A DNA stretch of 64,000 bases from contig NC_086108.1 of assembly GCF_963921235.1 (NCBI RefSeq), positions 117,554,001-117,618,000 on the forward strand. The letters are read 5' to 3'. Below are positions 1 to 12,849 of this stretch, one piece after another; the stretch's first letter is position 1; the number at the start of each line of letters is the position of its first letter. A model generated the notes under the pieces. That model did no database searches and was not told the origin of the DNA. It worked only from the letters and a program-made list of their open reading frames with translations. The DNA is from Mobula hypostoma (Eukaryota). Position numbers and translations under genes: made by a program.

Positions 1-708
1 GATCTTGGTGTCCTTGTACACTAGTCACTGAAAGTAAGCATGCAGGTACAGCAGGCAGTGAAGAAAGCTAATGGCATGTTGGCCTTCATAACAAGGGGAG
101 TTGAGTATAGGAGCAAAGAGGTCCTTCTGCAGTTGTACAGGGCCCTGGTAAGACCACACCTGGAGTATTGTGTACAGTTTTGGTCTCCGAGTTTGAGAAA
201 GGACATTCTTGCTATTGAGGGAGTGCAGCGGAGGTTCACGAGGTTAATTCCCGGGATGGCGGGACTGCCATATGTTGAAAGATTGGAGCGATTGGGCTTG
301 TATACACTGGAATTTAGAAGGATGAGTGGGGATCTGATTGAAACATATAAGATTATGAAGGGATTGGATACGCTAGAGGCAGGAAACTGTTCTCAATGTT
401 GTGGGGGTCCAGAACCAGAGGCCACAATTTGAGAATAAGGGGCAGGCCATTTAGAACGGAGTTGAGGAAGAATTTTTTCATCCAGAGAGTTGTGGATCTG
501 TGGAATGCTCTGCCTCAGAAGGCAGTGGAGGCCAATTCTCTGGATGCTTTCAAGAAAGAGTTAGCTAGAGTTAATGATAGTGGAGTCAAGGGATATGGGG
601 AGAAGGCAGGAACGGGGTACTGATTGTGGATGATCAGCCATGATCACAGTGAATGGTGGTGCTGGCTTGAAGGGCCAAATGGCCTACTCCTGCACCTATT
701 GTCTATTG
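1..708 (+). mobile_element. CR1 LINE, 3' end of ORF2 plus 3' UTR (runs off window start)
   Basis: ORFs 40..432 and 396..623 give CR1 RT C-terminal motifs (LYRALVRPHLEYCVQFWSP, RTRGH, FFIQRVV.LWNALP) with a frameshift; ends in an ATTGTCTATTG tail. Confidence 0.9.
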
Positions 709-806
709 AGATGTTGTTCTGTGTCTGTGTGGGGCGATGAGATATTCTGTGTGTGTGGGGCAATGAGATGTTGTTCTGTCTATGTGTGAGGCAATGAGAT
801 GTTCTC
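709..806. repeat. Left part of TG-rich minisatellite (unit ~GGCAATGAGATGTTGTTCTGTCTGTGTG)
   Basis: About three copies of the same unit as 1482-2092, separated from it by the Tx1 insertion. Confidence 0.85.
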
Positions 807-1481
807 TTTTTTTTACAAAATTTCCTTTATTACAAATTTGGTGCTATACTGTATATACAAAACAGTGACTAATACAATTACTCCACTGCAAATAGACGAT
901 ACACATTAAACCAAAATGTTTCCATCTCTATCAATGATGGCAATTACACCCTGCGGAGTCCAACTGTCGCAGAACGCCTCTAAGATCGCCATGGACTGCA
1001 CGTCTTCCTTTTCAATATTTACCCAAGCACGAACATACCCCTTAAACATTGCTAGACAGTCTGCCTGGGCCGATCCTCCCGCCACCCGTTTCCAAGACCC
1101 ACGGATGGCTGTTTTCGCCAGCCCCAGGAGCAAGTTGACAAGGACATCCTCATCCCTCCATGCCCCCCTCCTTACTGGATGACCGTATATAAATAGGGTG
1201 GGGCTAAAATGCAACCAGAAGGTGAGAAGCAGCCCACGCAAATACGCAAAGAGGGGCTGCAGCCTCACACACTCCATGTACATGTGGTACACGGTCTCCT
1301 CCAGCCCGCTGGGAGATCCGTGTACAAACTAAAGAATTTATTACAAGGCACCGGTCTATCCAGCAGCTTCCACCTCAGATCCCCAAGGTGCATGGGAAGA
1401 ACTCCCTCGTAAAGGGACTTCCATTGGGGACCTCCCTCACCACCAAGTGGAAAGACTAACTGCCATGGCATATCGGGACGG
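807..1481 (-). mobile_element. Tx1-clade LINE, 5'-truncated 3' end
   Basis: ORFs 1265..1471 and 906..1292 (DLRWKLL, LLLTFWLHFSPTLFIYGHPV, VNLLLGLAKTAI) resemble the Tx1 ORF2 C-terminus; poly(T) at 807-814 with TTTATT nearby = poly(A) tail and AATAAA on the minus strand. Confidence 0.75.
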
Positions 1482-1552
1482 TGTCTGTGTGTGGCAATGA
1501 AATGTTCTTCTGTCTGTGAGTGTGTGTGGCGATGAGATGTTGTTCTGTCTGT

Positions 1553-1592
<40 letters not shown>

Positions 1593-2092
1593 TGATGAGA
1601 TGTTGTTCTGTCTGTGTGCGTGTGTGTGTGGTGACGAGATGTTGTTCAGTCTGTGTGTGTGTGTGTGTGACGATGAGATGTTGTTTGTGTGTGTATGGCA
1701 ATGAGATGTTGTTCTGTCTGTGTGTGTGTATGGCAATGAAATGTTCTTCTGTCTGTGAGTGTGTGTGGCGATGAGATGTTGTTCTGTCTGTGTGTATGTG
1801 TGTGTGTGTGTGTGTGTGGTGATGAGATGTTGTTCTGTCTGTGTGCGTGTGTGTGTGGTGACGAGATGTTGTTCAGTCTGTGTGTGTGTGTGTGTGTGAC
1901 GATGAGATGTTGTTTGTGTGTGTATGGCAATGAGATGTTGTTCTGTCTGTGTGTGTGTATGGCAATGAGATGTTCTGTCTGTGCGTGTGTGTGTGGTGAC
2001 GAGATGTTGTTCAGTCTGTGTGTGTGTGTGACGATGAGATGTTGTTTGTGTGTGGCAATGAGATGTTGTTCTGTCTGTGTGTGGGGTGACGT
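1482..2092. repeat. Compound minisatellite: GAGATGTTGTT core plus variable (TG)n, with ~240-bp higher-order repeat
   Basis: Variant monomer GGCAATGAAATGTTCTTCTGTCTGTGAGTG recurs at ~1492 and ~1732, followed by the same order of monomers. Confidence 0.9.
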
Positions 2093-2199
2093 GAAGTCGT
2101 TCGATGTATGTGTAGGGTGACATTGTAATGTGGATGCGCTGATGTTCTGTGTGTGGAGAGCTCCTGCTGTGTAACTCACTGGACATCTTCTCCATTCAG

Positions 2200-2350
2200 A
2201 CGTTGAAGAAGATGTGGCTGAGTAGGTACGCCAAGGATTCTGCGGACCCCGGGGTCTTGGTGCTGTTAGCTTGCGGAACCACTTCTAGTACCTGTGGTCA
2301 ACTGGCCAGCTACCCTCTAGCCCTGGTCAGGACACGGATGCAGGCACAAG
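2200..2350 (+). CDS. SLC25A23: Penultimate coding exon of Ca-binding mitochondrial carrier (SCaMC, SLC25A23/24/25 family)
   Basis: CAG acceptor 2197-2199, GTGAGG donor at 2351; 151 nt encoding [50 protein letters not shown]. Family certain; paralog inferred from VAV1 linkage. Confidence 0.85.
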
Positions 2351-2984
2351 GTGAGGAAAAGCCAGACATTTCCTAGTACAGCCGACAGTAATGGCCAAGC
2401 CCGAGAAGGAGTTTCCAGCATGTTCAGGTGTGGCCACACTTCCCAATCAACCCAGGTGTTTACCCTTTGCACCTCGCCCTGGATGTGGACCCCTCAAAAC
2501 ACCTCTCCCCCTCACCCCACATCTGTGTGATCCCCATGAGGTGTCCTCTCCCCCTCATCCCTGCCACAAACCATCCCCACCATCCCTCAGTCTGGGTGTG
2601 ACCCATCCCCCCTTGTCACCTCCCTCTTTCCCCTCACCCTACGTGGGACCCTCTCTGAATCCCCCTCCTACTTCTTGCCTCTTAACCTAGTGTGACCTCT
2701 CCCTGCGTTTGATATAGCACCCCCTTATTCCTCAAGTGTGAACAAAACCAACTCAATAAATGACTGTCAAAGGGAGGGTCTCCCTCGCCCTCCGGAAGTG
2801 AATATCACCTTCATCCTTCTGTCTCTGAGCCTTGAGTTCTTCAGCTGACCTGAGGAGTGGTTGATGGACACATTATCCATCTGTCAATGAACCAGAGGCT
2901 CTGAATAATCGCAAAGTTCACCAAGTGGTTGGTGGTCCTTTACTGCAAGAGGTTAAATCAGGGTCAGGAAAATCTCTGCATTTC

Positions 2985-3340
2985 TACAGGTTATTGATAA
3001 GACCAGACCAGAGTACTGTGTGCAAATCTGGTGTATTTACCTCAGAAAGGAAGTACTACAGTCCAGAATAGACACTCTGGTCTAGTTACTGGGGCGAGAA
3101 GGTGGTCCTGTCAAGAGAGACGAGACAGAACAAGGGATTGATTACCTTAATGAAACCTCTCAGACCTTGAGGGGACTTGATCGGGGAAATGTGGAGATGT
3201 TCCTCAAGTGGGAGAGTCTGGAACAAGGAAACACAGTTCAGGATTAGGAGGTGGACATTTAAAACAGATGTGTAGAGACATCTCACAAAGGGAGGGGAGT
3301 CTCTGGAATTCTGCACCGCAGAGGGTGTGGAGACTAGAGA
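2985..3340 (+). mobile_element. Highly decayed CR1 3' fragment
   Basis: Remnants such as GAGTACTGTGTGCAAATCTGG and CTCTGGAATTCTGCACCGCAGAGG resemble CR1 ORF2 end. Confidence 0.55.
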
Positions 3341-3350
3341 ACTGGGGGTT

Positions 3351-6300
3351 ATAACCATATAACAATTACAGCACGGAAACAGGCCATCTAGACCCTTCTA
3401 GTCCATGCTGAACTGTTACTCTCACCTAGTCCCACTGACCTGCACTCAGCCCCTAACCCTCCATTCCTTTCCTGTCCATATACCTATCCAATTTAACTTT
3501 AAACGACAACATCGAACCTGCCTCATCCACTTCTGCTGGAAGCTCGTTCCACACAGCTACCACTCCCTGAGTAAAGACGTTCCCCCTCATGTTACCCCTA
3601 AACTTTTGCCCTTTAACTCTCAACTCATGTCCTCTTGTGTGAATCTCCCCTATTCTCAATGGAAAAAGCCTATCCACGTCAACTCTATCTATCCCCCTCA
3701 AAATTTTAAATACCTCTATCAAGTCCCCCCTCAACCTTCTACGCTCCAAAGAATAAAGGCCCAACTTGTTCAACCTTTCTCTGTAACTTAGGAGATGAAA
3801 CCCAGGTAACATTCTAGTCAATTTTTTCTGTACTCTCTCAATTTTATTGACATCTTTCCTATAATTCGGTGACCAGAACTGTACACAATACTCCAAATTT
3901 GGCCTTACCAATGCTTTGTACAATTTCAACATTACATCCCAACTCCTATACTCAATGCTCTGATTTATAAAGGCCAGCATACCAAAAGCTTTCTTCACCA
4001 CCCTATCCACATGAGATTCCACCTTCAGGGAACTATGCACCATTATTCCTAGATCCCTCTGTTCTACTGCATTCTTCAGTGCCCTACCATTTACCATGTA
4101 TGTCCTATTTTGATTAGTCCTACCAAAATGTAGCACCTCACATTTACCAGCATTAAACTCCATCTGCCATCTTTCAGCCCTCTCTTCTAACTGGCCTAAA
4201 TCTCTCTGCAAGCTTTGAAAACCTACTTCATTATCCACAACTCCACCTATCTTAGTATCATCTGCATACTTCCTAATCCAATTTACCACCCCATCATCCA
4301 GATCATTAATGTACATGAAAAACAGCATTGAACCCAGTACAGATCCCTGAGGCACACCATGAGTCACCGGCCTCCAATCTGACAAACAGTTATCCACCAC
4401 TACTCTCTGGCGTCTCCCATCCAGCCACTGCTGAATCCATTTTACTACTTCAATATTAATACCTAACGATTGAACCTTCCTAACTAACCTTCCATGTGGA
4501 ACCTTGTCAAAGGCCTGACTGAAGTCCATATAGACAACATCCACCGCTTTACCCTCGTCAACTTTCCTAGTAACCTCTTCAAAAAATTCAATAAGATTTG
4601 TTAAACATGACCTTCCACGCACAAATCCATGTTGACTGTTCCTAATCAGACCCTGTTTATCCAGATAATTATATATACCACCTCTAAGAATACTTTCCAT
4701 CAATTTACCCACCACTGATGTCAAACTCACAGGCCGATAATTGCTAGGTTCACTCTTAGAACCCTTTTTAAACAAAGGAACAACATGAGCAATACGCCAG
4801 TCTTCCGGCACCATCCCCGTTTCTAATGACATTTGAAATATTTCTGTCAGAGCCCTTGCTATTTCCACAGTAACTTCCCTCAAGATCCTAGGGAATATCC
4901 TGTCAGGACCCAGAGACTTATCCACTTTTATATTCCTTGAAAGCGCCAGTACTTCCTTTCCTTTAATCGTCATAGTTTCCATAACTACCCTACTTGTTTC
5001 CCTTACCTTACACAATTCAATATCCTTCTCCTTAGTGAATACCGAAGAAAAGAAATTGTTCAAAATCTCCCCCATCTCTTTTGGCTCCGCACATAGCCGT
5101 CCACTCTGATTCTCTAAGGGACCAATTTTATCCCTCACTATCCTTTTGCTATTAATATAACTGTAGAACCCTTTGGATTTATTTTCACCTGACTTGCCAA
5201 AGCAACTTCATATCTTCTTTTAGCTTTTCTAATTTCTTTCTTAAGATTCTTTTTACATTCTTTATATTCCTCGAGCACCTCATTTACACCAAGCTGCCTA
5301 TATTTATTGTAGATATCTCTCTTTTTCCGAACCAAGTTTCCAATATCCCTTGAAAACCATGGCTCTCTCAAACTTCACACATCAAAGTTGCTGGTGAACC
5401 CAGCAGGCCAGGCAGCATCTCTAGGAAGAGGTACAGTGGATGTTTCAGGCCGAGACCCTTCGTCAGGACTAACTGAAGAAAGAGCTAGTAAGAGATTTGG
5501 AAGTGGGAGGGGGAGGGGGAGATCCAAAATGATAGGAGAAGACAGGAGGGGGAGGGATGGAGCCAAGAGCTGGACAGGTGATTGGCAAAAGGGATACAAG
5601 AGGATCATGAGACAGGAGGCCCAGGGAGAAGGAAAAGGGGGAGGGGAGGGAAAAAGCCCAGAGGATGGGCAAAGGGTATAGTCAGAGGGACAGAGGGTGA
5701 AAAAGGAGAGTGAGAGAAAGAATGTGTGTATATAAATAACGAATGGGTTACGAGGGGGAGGTGGGGAATTAGCGGAAGTTAGAGAGGTCAATGTTCATGC
5801 CATCAGGTTGGAGGCTACCCAGACGGAATATAAGGTTTTGTTCCTCCAACCTGAGTGTGGCTTCATCTTTACAGTAGAGGGGGCCGTGGATAGACATGTC
5901 AGAATGGGAATGGGATGTGGAATTAAAATGTGTGGCCACTGGGAAATCCTGCTTTCTCTGGCGGACAGAGTGTAGGTGTTCAGCAAAACGATCTCCCAGC
6001 CTGCGTCGGGTCTCGCCAATATATAGAAGGCCACATCAGGAGCACCAGACGCAGTATATCACCCCAGCCGACTCACAGGTGAAGTGTCGCCTCACCTGGA
6101 AGGACTGTCAGGGGCCCTGAGGGGTTGTAAGGGAGGAAGTGTAAGGGCATGTGTAGCACTTGTTCTGCTTACAAAGATAAGTGCCAGGAGGGAGACCTTT
6201 CCTTTCAACCTAACAGAAACATAAAGATTCTGTACCCTCAAAATTTCACCTTTAAATGACCTCCATTTCTCTATTACATCCTTCCCATAAAACAAATTGT

Positions 6301-6838
6301 CCCAATCCACTCCTTCTAAATCCTTTCGCATCTCCTCAAAGTTAGCCTTTCTCCAATTAAAAATCTCAACCCTGAGTCCAGTCCTATCCTTCTCCATAAT
6401 TATATTGAAACTAATGACATTGTGATCACTGGACCCGAAGTGTTCCCCAACACATACCTCCGTTACCTGACCTATCTCATTCCCTAAAAGGAGATCCAAC
6501 ACTGCCCCTTCTCTAGTTGCTACCTCTATGTATTGCTGCACAAAACTATCTTGCACACATTTTACAAACTCCAAACCATCCAGCCCTTTTACAGAATGAG
6601 TTTCCCAGTCTATGTGTGGAAAATTAACGTCTCCTACAATCACATCCTTGTGTTTACTACAAATATCTGCTATCTCCTTACAAATTTGCTCCTCCAATTG
6701 TCGCTCCCCATTGGGTGGTCTATGATACACCCCTATAAGCGTTACTACACCTTTCCCATTCCTCAATTCCACCCAAATAGCTTCCGTAAATGAGTCCTCT
6801 AATCTATCCTCCCAAAGCACCGCTGTAATATTTTCTCT
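3351..6838 (-). mobile_element. CR1 LINE, 5'-truncated (part of endonuclease, RT, 3' tail), interrupted by a Penelope-like element
   Basis: ORFs 6092..6820 (APE endonuclease, GDVNFP, SSDHN), 5138..5371 and 3453..5138 ([15 protein letters not shown]); tail ATAACCATATAAC at ~3351. Confidence 0.92.
5376..6195 (-). mobile_element. Penelope-like element (Neptune-type) 3' fragment: GIY-YIG endonuclease end plus pLTR with degenerate hammerhead ribozyme
   Basis: Minus strand encodes VIYC...LYIGETRRRLGDRFAEHL...GMN; 5471-5434 reads TAGTC CTGACGA A GGGTCTCGGCCT GAAA CATC CACTG; CR1 sequence resumes on both sides. Confidence 0.85.
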
Positions 6839-6959
6839 GGTTGGTGGTTATGGAGGAGGGAGAGAAATGTTTGACACATCAGTGGACTTGGATGATGGAA
6901 AGCTGACACAGAAAGGAAGACAAGGCCTGGGACAGATCAGTCATGACCACATTGAATGT

Positions 6960-7420
6960 GACCATAAGACATAGGATCAGAATTAGGCTATCAGCCCATC
7001 GAGTATACTTCATTATTCAATCATGGCTGATTTATATTCCTTCTCAACCCCATTATCCTGCCTTCTTCCTGTAATATTTGGCACCCTTACTAATCAAGAA
7101 CCTATCAACCTCCACTTTAAATATGTCCAATGACTTGGCCTCCATAGCCATCTGTGGCATCGAATTTCACAGATACATCACTCTCTGGCTAAAGAAATTT
7201 ATTCTGATCTCCATTCTAAATGGATGTCCCTCTATTCTCAGTCTGTGCCCTCTGGCCCTAGACTTCCCCAGTAAAGGAAGCATTCTCGCCCCATCCACTC
7301 TGTCTAGGCCAAAGATTCACAACCTTTTTTATACCATGGCCAATACTATTAAACAAGGGGTCTGTGGACCGCAGGTTGGGAAATGCCTCAATTCTAAGCC
7401 TTTCAATATTCGCCGGGTTT
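6960..7420 (-). mobile_element. CR1 3' fragment containing a short hAT-MITE-like insert (~7310-7390)
   Basis: ACCATAAGACATAGG tail and CR1 3' UTR sequence; insert has CAACCTTTTT...GGTTGGGAA terminal motifs. Confidence 0.65.
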
Positions 7421-7694
7421 CAACGGGATCCTGCTAAATGTGGGACAGAACCAAGGGGCCAAGTGGCTGGCTGCCCTGCTGCTCTCGTTACCTGACCCAA
7501 GTATTTCCAGCAGTTTTTGTTTTCAAGTTGCTATAAAAACCAAGTAGTTCCAGATGAGATTGTGACCCCATTCCCACCCCAGTGATTGGCTCCCCATTGC
7601 TGGATTTGTTAGCAGCCCAGCCCCTTCCAGGGTAAAGAATGAAGGTTATTCCCTGTTGGAGCCCTGGTGAACAGAGGAACACTTATCTTTGCAG

Positions 7695-7879
7695 CTTCGT
7701 TGGAGGGAGCGAAACAACTCAGCATGATGGAGCTCTTCCGGAAGATTGTGGCTAAAGAGGGACCCTTTGGGCTCTACAGAGGACTGGCCCCCAACTTCAT
7801 GAAGGTGATTCCTGCTGTCAGTATCAGCTATGTCGTCTACGAACGTATGAGGACGGCTTTAGGGTTACGGTCCACCTAA
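7695..7879 (+). CDS. SLC25A23: Last coding exon of SCaMC carrier
   Basis: TTTGCAG acceptor ending 7694, phase matches the exon 2200-2350 (G|CT = Ala); encodes [63 protein letters not shown] at 7877-7879. Confidence 0.87.
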
Positions 7880-8149
7880 AGCCAGGAGCATCCACTCAAG
7901 GAACAGATCACCAAAACCCACTCCCTCCTTGTGTCTGACATTCTAGCCTAAGCCCCCAAACCTCAGGCACTCCAGAGCCTTATGCACTGTAATTCCAAGA
8001 GTCAGTGAGTCACACAGAGTGGAAGCAAGCCCTTCAGCCATTTGAGTCCATGCTGACCATTGAGCTCCCTATACAAGATCATTGTTCACTATCTTCATAT
8101 TATGCTCCCCAGACCCCAGACATCTATGGATCACAGATTCAAGAGATTT

Positions 8150-8297
8150 TTCCCCCTTCCAATCCAGTTCCAATGAAGGGGCTTGGCCTGAAACATCAAC
8201 TGTTTATTGCTTTCCATTGATGCTGCCTGACCTGCTGGGTTCCTCCAGTATTCTGTATGTGTTGTTCTGGATTTCCAGCATCTGCAGAATCTCTTGA
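8150..8297 (+). mobile_element. Short Penelope-derived pLTR fragment with mutated hammerhead core, in putative 3' UTR
   Basis: CAGTT CCAATGA A GGGGCTTGGCCT GAAA CATC AACTG (8165-8202) followed by GATGCTGCCTGACCTGCTG...TTTCCAGCATCTGCAGA as in 53363-53495. Confidence 0.75.
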
Positions 8298-8464
8298 GTT
8301 CAGTTTTAAGAGCTCTAACCAAGAGAGAATCTTTTACTTATGCTGGGCAGAAGGTCAACATCATAGAGAGGTTTCCTAATTTTACACCAGAGTGTCAAGG
8401 GATTGGGCAACTAGTTACTGGAGAAAGTGAGGGAAGCAGAGAAAATCAGGGGAAATTGTGGGTC

Positions 8465-8645
8465 CAGTGGGCACAATGGGTAGAGCCACTGCCTCACGCC
8501 AGCAGGGACCTGGATTCGATCCCGATCTCCTGTGCTGTTTGTGTAGAGTTTGCATGTTCTCCATGTGACCACATGGGCTTCCCCCAGATGCTTCAGTTTC
8601 CTCACACATCCTAAAGACATGCTAATTGGTTAATTGGCTGTAAAT
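8465..8645 (+). mobile_element. tRNA-derived V-SINE (HE1-like)
   Basis: A-box-like TGGCACAATGG, B-box-like GATTCGATCCC, then conserved V-domain GTAGAGTTTGCATGTTCTCC...GTTTCCTCACACATCC. Confidence 0.75.
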
Positions 8646-9711
8646 ATGGATGAGGGTAAAATGGAGTCAGATTCAGACAGCATAGAAACAGGCCCTTCAG
8701 GCCCAACTGGTCACATTTCCCAATGTTTAGCCATAACCTCTGTAAAGTCTTTTTAAGATAGGTAGAACATAGTACTACAGCACAGTACAGGCCCCTCAGC
8801 CATGATGTTGTGCCGATGTATAGAAACCTATTCCATGATCAGCCTAACCCTTCCGCCCTACACAGCCCATAATCCTCTACTTTTCTGACATTCTGAAGCA
8901 ATTTATAGTCCAACTGAGTGAATTATTTAAAATGGTGCTTTTTATAATATAGAAATCACAGCATCAATTTATGCAGAGCACAGCCACATGAAGAGCAGTG
9001 AACATGATGAGGTTATCTGTTGGTCTATGTCCTTATCTGGGAATGCTGATGGGAAAGTGGGAGGTTAATGAAAGTGAAATTACTGTAGGATTGGACCTTG
9101 GTGGTTCACATAGACTCTGGGCTGGGAGGTCCTTTCCCTTTCTCTGTGAGGGACTCAGGAGACTGAAGGAACTCCTGTTGTTCCCGACCCCAAAGAGTGC
9201 ACTGCTGGTGGTGGTGGTGATTAAACCTTGTTCTGCTCTTGATCAGGCAGAAGCTTCAGGGAACCTTCAGTTCTTACCCAGCTGAGAAACGCACATCGTG
9301 CCTTCTGTCGGTGGTGGGAATTGTAACAGATTACTTCTCCATACCTTCAATCTCTGGGAATAAAATCTATTAATTGTCTTTTAGCTTGTCTTGAGCTCTG
9401 CTAACTATTAAATAATCCCTTGCTTCAGGTAGGTTGCACTTTATTCAAATCAGCTACATTTATCAAATCTACACTTTACACTGTGCCTTTCCAGTGGGTG
9501 GGGATCCCTCAGTGATTTGAGTCAGTGAATTTCCAGATCTGAAGTGTGACTCAGCCTGTGATACACATTAAATACATAATGGCATTAGTTGGAGCAGAGT
9601 GTCAATTCAGATTAAGTATAAAGTGATCATGTACTTATGGATTTCTGTTTCTCTTCCTTGCTCATGTACTTATGGATTTCTTTTTATATTGGATTTGCAT
9701 GGGTTTTTATC

Positions 9712-9717
9712 AATAAA
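9712..9717 (+). terminator. Candidate polyadenylation signal of the SCaMC gene
   Basis: AATAAA after a U-rich stretch and before T/GT-rich sequence, near the end of non-repetitive DNA; an alternative AATAAA lies at 9359-9364. Confidence 0.45.
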
Positions 9718-10094
9718 TTACTCTGGTATATTTACAGTTATTTGTAGAAATGGCTTCATGTTCACTGTCGTGATGATTGAGTATGACTCCTGCCTCACCC
9801 AACAAAACTACAATCACAGTTGAACAAAGTCCGTCTAAGGGTGTGGCAGCAGGTGAATGGTCATGAGGACACTCATACTGCACCGAACACTGGAAACATC
9901 CACAGGGTCAGGCAGATCTGTAGGAGGAACAACCATTCAATTTCAGGTCTGAGACCTTTTGTGAAACTCAAACTTTACAGCATTTTCTCATTTAGCTTAG
10001 ATTTTGAATTTTTGATTTTTGAGCACAACACCAACATACAAAGAAATGCTTGCTTTACCTAATGTAGCATCACCATGGCCAAACGTCATCAGAT

Positions 10095-12548
10095 GCCAAC
10101 CAAATTGGTAAGGGTGCTGAGGAAGAAGATTTCTTGGAATGTATGCGGGATGGTTTTCTGAACCAACATGTCGAGGAACCAACTAGAGAGCAGACCACTC
10201 TAGACTGGGTATTGAGCAATGGGGAAGGGTTAGTTAGCAATCTTGTCGTGAGAGGCCCCTTGGTGGCCATAATATGGTGGAATTCTTCGTTAAGATGGAG
10301 AGTGACATAGTTAATTCAGAAACAAAGGTTCTGAACTTAAAGAAGGGTAACTTTGAAGGTATGAGATGTGAATTAGCTCAGATAGACTACCAAATGATAC
10401 TTAAAGGGTTGACGGTGGATATGCAATGGCAAGCATTTAAAGATCGCATGGATGAACTACAGCAGTTGTTCATCCCAGTTTGGCAAACGAATAAACCAGG
10501 GAAGGTAGTGCACCCGCGGCTGACAATGGAAATTAGGGATAGTATCAATTCCAAAGAAGAAACATATAAATTAGCCAGAAAAAGCAGCACACCCGAAGAC
10601 TGGGAGAAATTCAGAGTCCAGCAGAGGAGGACAGAGGGCTTAATTAGGAAAGGGAAAAAAGATTATGAGAGAAAGCTGGCAGGGAACATAAAAACTGACT
10701 GTAAAAGCTTTTATAGATATGTGAAAAGAAAAAGATTGGTTAAGACAAATGTAGGTCCCTTACAGACAGACACAGGTGAATTGATCATGGGGAACAAGGA
10801 CATGGCATACCAATTGAATAACTACTTTGGTTCTGTCTTCACTAAGGAGGACATAAATAATCTTCTGGAAATAGTAGGGGACCAAGGGTCCAGTGAGATG
10901 GAGGAACTAAGGGAAATACATGTTAGTAGGGAAGTGGTATTAGGTAAATTGAAGGGATTAAAGGCAGATAAATCCCCAGGGCCAGATGGTCTGCATCCCA
11001 GAGTGCTTAAGGAAGTAGCCCAAGAAATAGTGGATGCATTAGTGATAATTTTTCAAAACTCTTTAGATTCTGGATTAGTTCCTGAGGATTGGAGGGTGGC
11101 TAACGTAACCCAGCTTTTTAAAAACGGGAGAGAGAAACCGGGGAATTATAGACCGGTTAGCCCGACGTCGGTGGTGGGGAAAATGCTAGTCAGTTATCAA
11201 AGATGTGATAACAGCATATTTGGAAAGTGGTGAAATCATCGGACAAAGTCAGCATGGATTTGTGAAAGGAAAATCATGCCTGATGAATCTCATAGAATTT
11301 TTTGAGGATGTAACTAGTAGGGTGGATAGGGGAGAACCAGTGGATGTGGTATATTTGGATTTTCAAAAGGCTTTTGACAAGGTCCCACACAGGAGATTAG
11401 TGTGCAAACTTGAAGCACACAGTATGGGGGGTATGGTATTGATGTGGATAGAGAATTGGTTGGCAGACAGGAAGCAAAGAGTGGGAATAAATGAGACCTT
11501 TTCAGAATGGCAGGCAGTGACTAGTGGGGTACCGCAAGGCTCAGTGCTGGGACCCCAGTTGTTTACAATATATATTAATGACTTAGACGAGGGAATTAAA
11601 TGCAGCATCTCCAAGTTTGCGGATGACACGAAGCTGGGCGGCAGTGTTAGCTGTGAGGAGGATGCTAAGAGGATGCAGGGTTACTTAGATATGTTAGGTG
11701 AGTGGGCAAATTCATGGCAGATGCAATTTAATGTGGGTAAATGTGAGGTTATCCACTTTGGTGGCAAGACCAGGAAAACAGATTATCTGAATGGTGGCCA
11801 ATTAGGAAAAGGGGAGTTGCAATGAGACCTGGGTGTTATTGTACACCAGTCATTGAAAGTGGGCATGCAGGTACAGCAGGTGGTTAAAAAAGCAAATGGT
11901 ATGTTGGCATTCATAGCAAGAGGATTCGAGTACAGGAGCAGGGAGGTTCTACTGCAGTTGTAGAAGGCCTTGGTGAGACCACACCTGGAGTATTGTGTGC
12001 AGTTTTGGTCCCCTAATCTGAGGAAAGACGATCTGAGGAAAGGCCATAGAGGGAGTACAAAGAAAGTTCACCAGATTGATTCTTGGGATGGCAGGACTTT
12101 CATATGAAGAAAGACTGGATTGACTAGGCTTATACTTGCTAGAATTTAGAAGTTTGAGGGGGGATCTTACTGAAATGTATAAAATTCTAAAGGGATTGGA
12201 CAGGCTAGATGCAGGAAGATTGTTCCCAATGTTGGGGAAGTCCAGAACGAGGGGTCACAGTTTGAGGATAAAGGGGAAGCCTTTTAGGACCGAGATTAGG
12301 AAAAACTTCTTCACACAGAGAGTGGTGAATCTGTGGAATTCTCTGCCACAGGAAACAGTTGAGGCCAGTTCATTGGCTATATTTAAGAGGGAGTTAGATA
12401 TGGCCCTTGTGGCTAAAGGGATCGGGAGTATGGACAGAAGGCAGTTGCAGGGTTCTGAGTTGGATGATCAGCCATGATTATACTGAATGGCGGTGCAGGT
12501 TCGAAGGGCCGAATGGCCTACTCCTGCACCTATTTTCTATGTTTCTAT
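10095..12548 (+). mobile_element. CR1 LINE, 5'-truncated, frameshifted ORF2
   Basis: ORFs 10274..11233, 11205..11825 (FADD), 12136..12477; TTTTCTATGTTTCTAT tail. Confidence 0.92.
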
Positions 12549-12849
12549 ACATTTCCTGAATATTTCAAATGGAATGAGACCAGACTGGATGACAGCTCTT
12601 CGTTCAGGACACACTGACATTCAGGAGAAGTTGACGACAGAATCTCCCTAAAAAAAATTACAATCTTAATCATCTTCTGTAATCTTTGTAATCAATTAGA
12701 AATTCAATGGTTACAATTACAGTTAATTTCAATATTTTCAGTGTAGATACATAAACATACAACTACACCAAAAAGCTATACATTTACAATTGGAATAATT
12801 GTCTGCTGTTGAGACAAAATCCATGTCTGAGCTGAGAGGCAACGTGAAA

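Noticed and set aside
1437..2195. Long His/Thr-rich and Cys/Val-rich ORFs on both strands
   Set aside because: Translations of the TG/CA minisatellite; no protein-like complexity
2391..2690. Pro-rich 99-aa ORF after the carrier exon
   Set aside because: C-rich low-complexity intron sequence with no family similarity or splice support
8998..10062. Short ORFs downstream of the carrier stop codon
   Set aside because: No recognisable motifs; consistent with 3' UTR and flanking DNA
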